The position numbers and the translations under genes were made by a program. Below are positions 63,680 through 64,000 of a stretch of 64,000 nucleotides of DNA, one piece after another. The stretch comes from Mayamaea pseudoterrestris (lineage: Eukaryota). Within the stretch, counting starts at the first letter, position 1; every line of letters begins with the position of its first letter. The notes under the pieces are model-generated. The model was not told the DNA's origin and did not search any database. It saw only the letters and a program-made list of their open reading frames with translations. The DNA lies in the NCBI GenBank assembly GCA_027923505.1, contig BROI01000018.1, positions 1 to 64,000 on the forward strand, written 5' to 3'.

Positions 63680-64000
63680 CTACCGCAGCTTTTTCGATAG
63701 TCGCTCACGCGCATTCGTGGGTTTGTGCTTTTGCCCAGATTTCGACAAAGATCGCTTCCCTGAAGCCTTGACAACATTTGCACTTGGAACCCATTCGTCA
63801 TCAGCTTTATGTAGAACGGACTCATTAATCCAATCCGTGTCTTCTCTGCTTGTGTGTGTAACAGCGATCATATCATGAGGAATATTGGTTGCTCTCGTAG
63901 ACGACAGAGAAAGCTTGATGCGAAAGTCGTCATCGTTCGACTTGCTTCTGTCATCATCAATTGTGTTTGTTGTCTTTTTCAACTTCGGAGCCGAGAGCTT
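63680..64000 (-). CDS. Possible 3' end of a convergent gene of unknown product
   Basis: Frame is open from the window edge to the stop at 63680; charged low-complexity sequence, no recognisable motif. Confidence 0.4.
   Translation of the reverse strand, partial: KLSAPKLKKTTNTIDDDRSKSNDDDFRIKLSLSSTRATNIPHDMIAVTHTSREDTDWINESVLHKADDEWVPSANVVKASGKRSLSKSGQKHKPTNARERLSKKLR

Overview
Eukaryotic DNA, most likely from a diatom or other stramenopile (inferred from CoDi-like Ty1/Copia elements and compact, apparently intronless genes). Bases 1-47041 are non-coding tandem repeats: an 11-bp minisatellite (1-3500), then three unrelated nucleosome-sized satellites, A (169 bp), B (352 bp, a diverged ~176-bp dimer) and C (181 bp), in the order A-B-C-A-B-C-A. 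Satellite B carries three copies of a captured ~1-kb Copia protease fragment, flanked by a 53-bp duplication and itself interrupted by a small hairpin/(TTA)n insertion with a 16-bp TSD. Bases 47041-58375 are a nested retroelement stack: the 3' half of an Ngaro/PAT-type tyrosine-recombinase retrotransposon (RT end, RNase H, uninterrupted YR ORF, split direct repeats), a minus-strand Copia 5' half (LTR, PBS matching a tRNA-Asn anticodon arm, gag-PR) and a plus-strand copy of the same family (gag-PR-IN-chromo-like-RT-RH, frameshifted, 3' LTR). A decayed satellite A remnant follows, then host genes: a FEX/Fluc-type fluoride exporter, a TM+coiled-coil+PUB protein and a possible convergent gene end. 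The window looks like a heterochromatin-to-euchromatin border (centromeric or subtelomeric). The many short ORFs in the repeats are not genes, and several exact duplications may be assembly artefacts.
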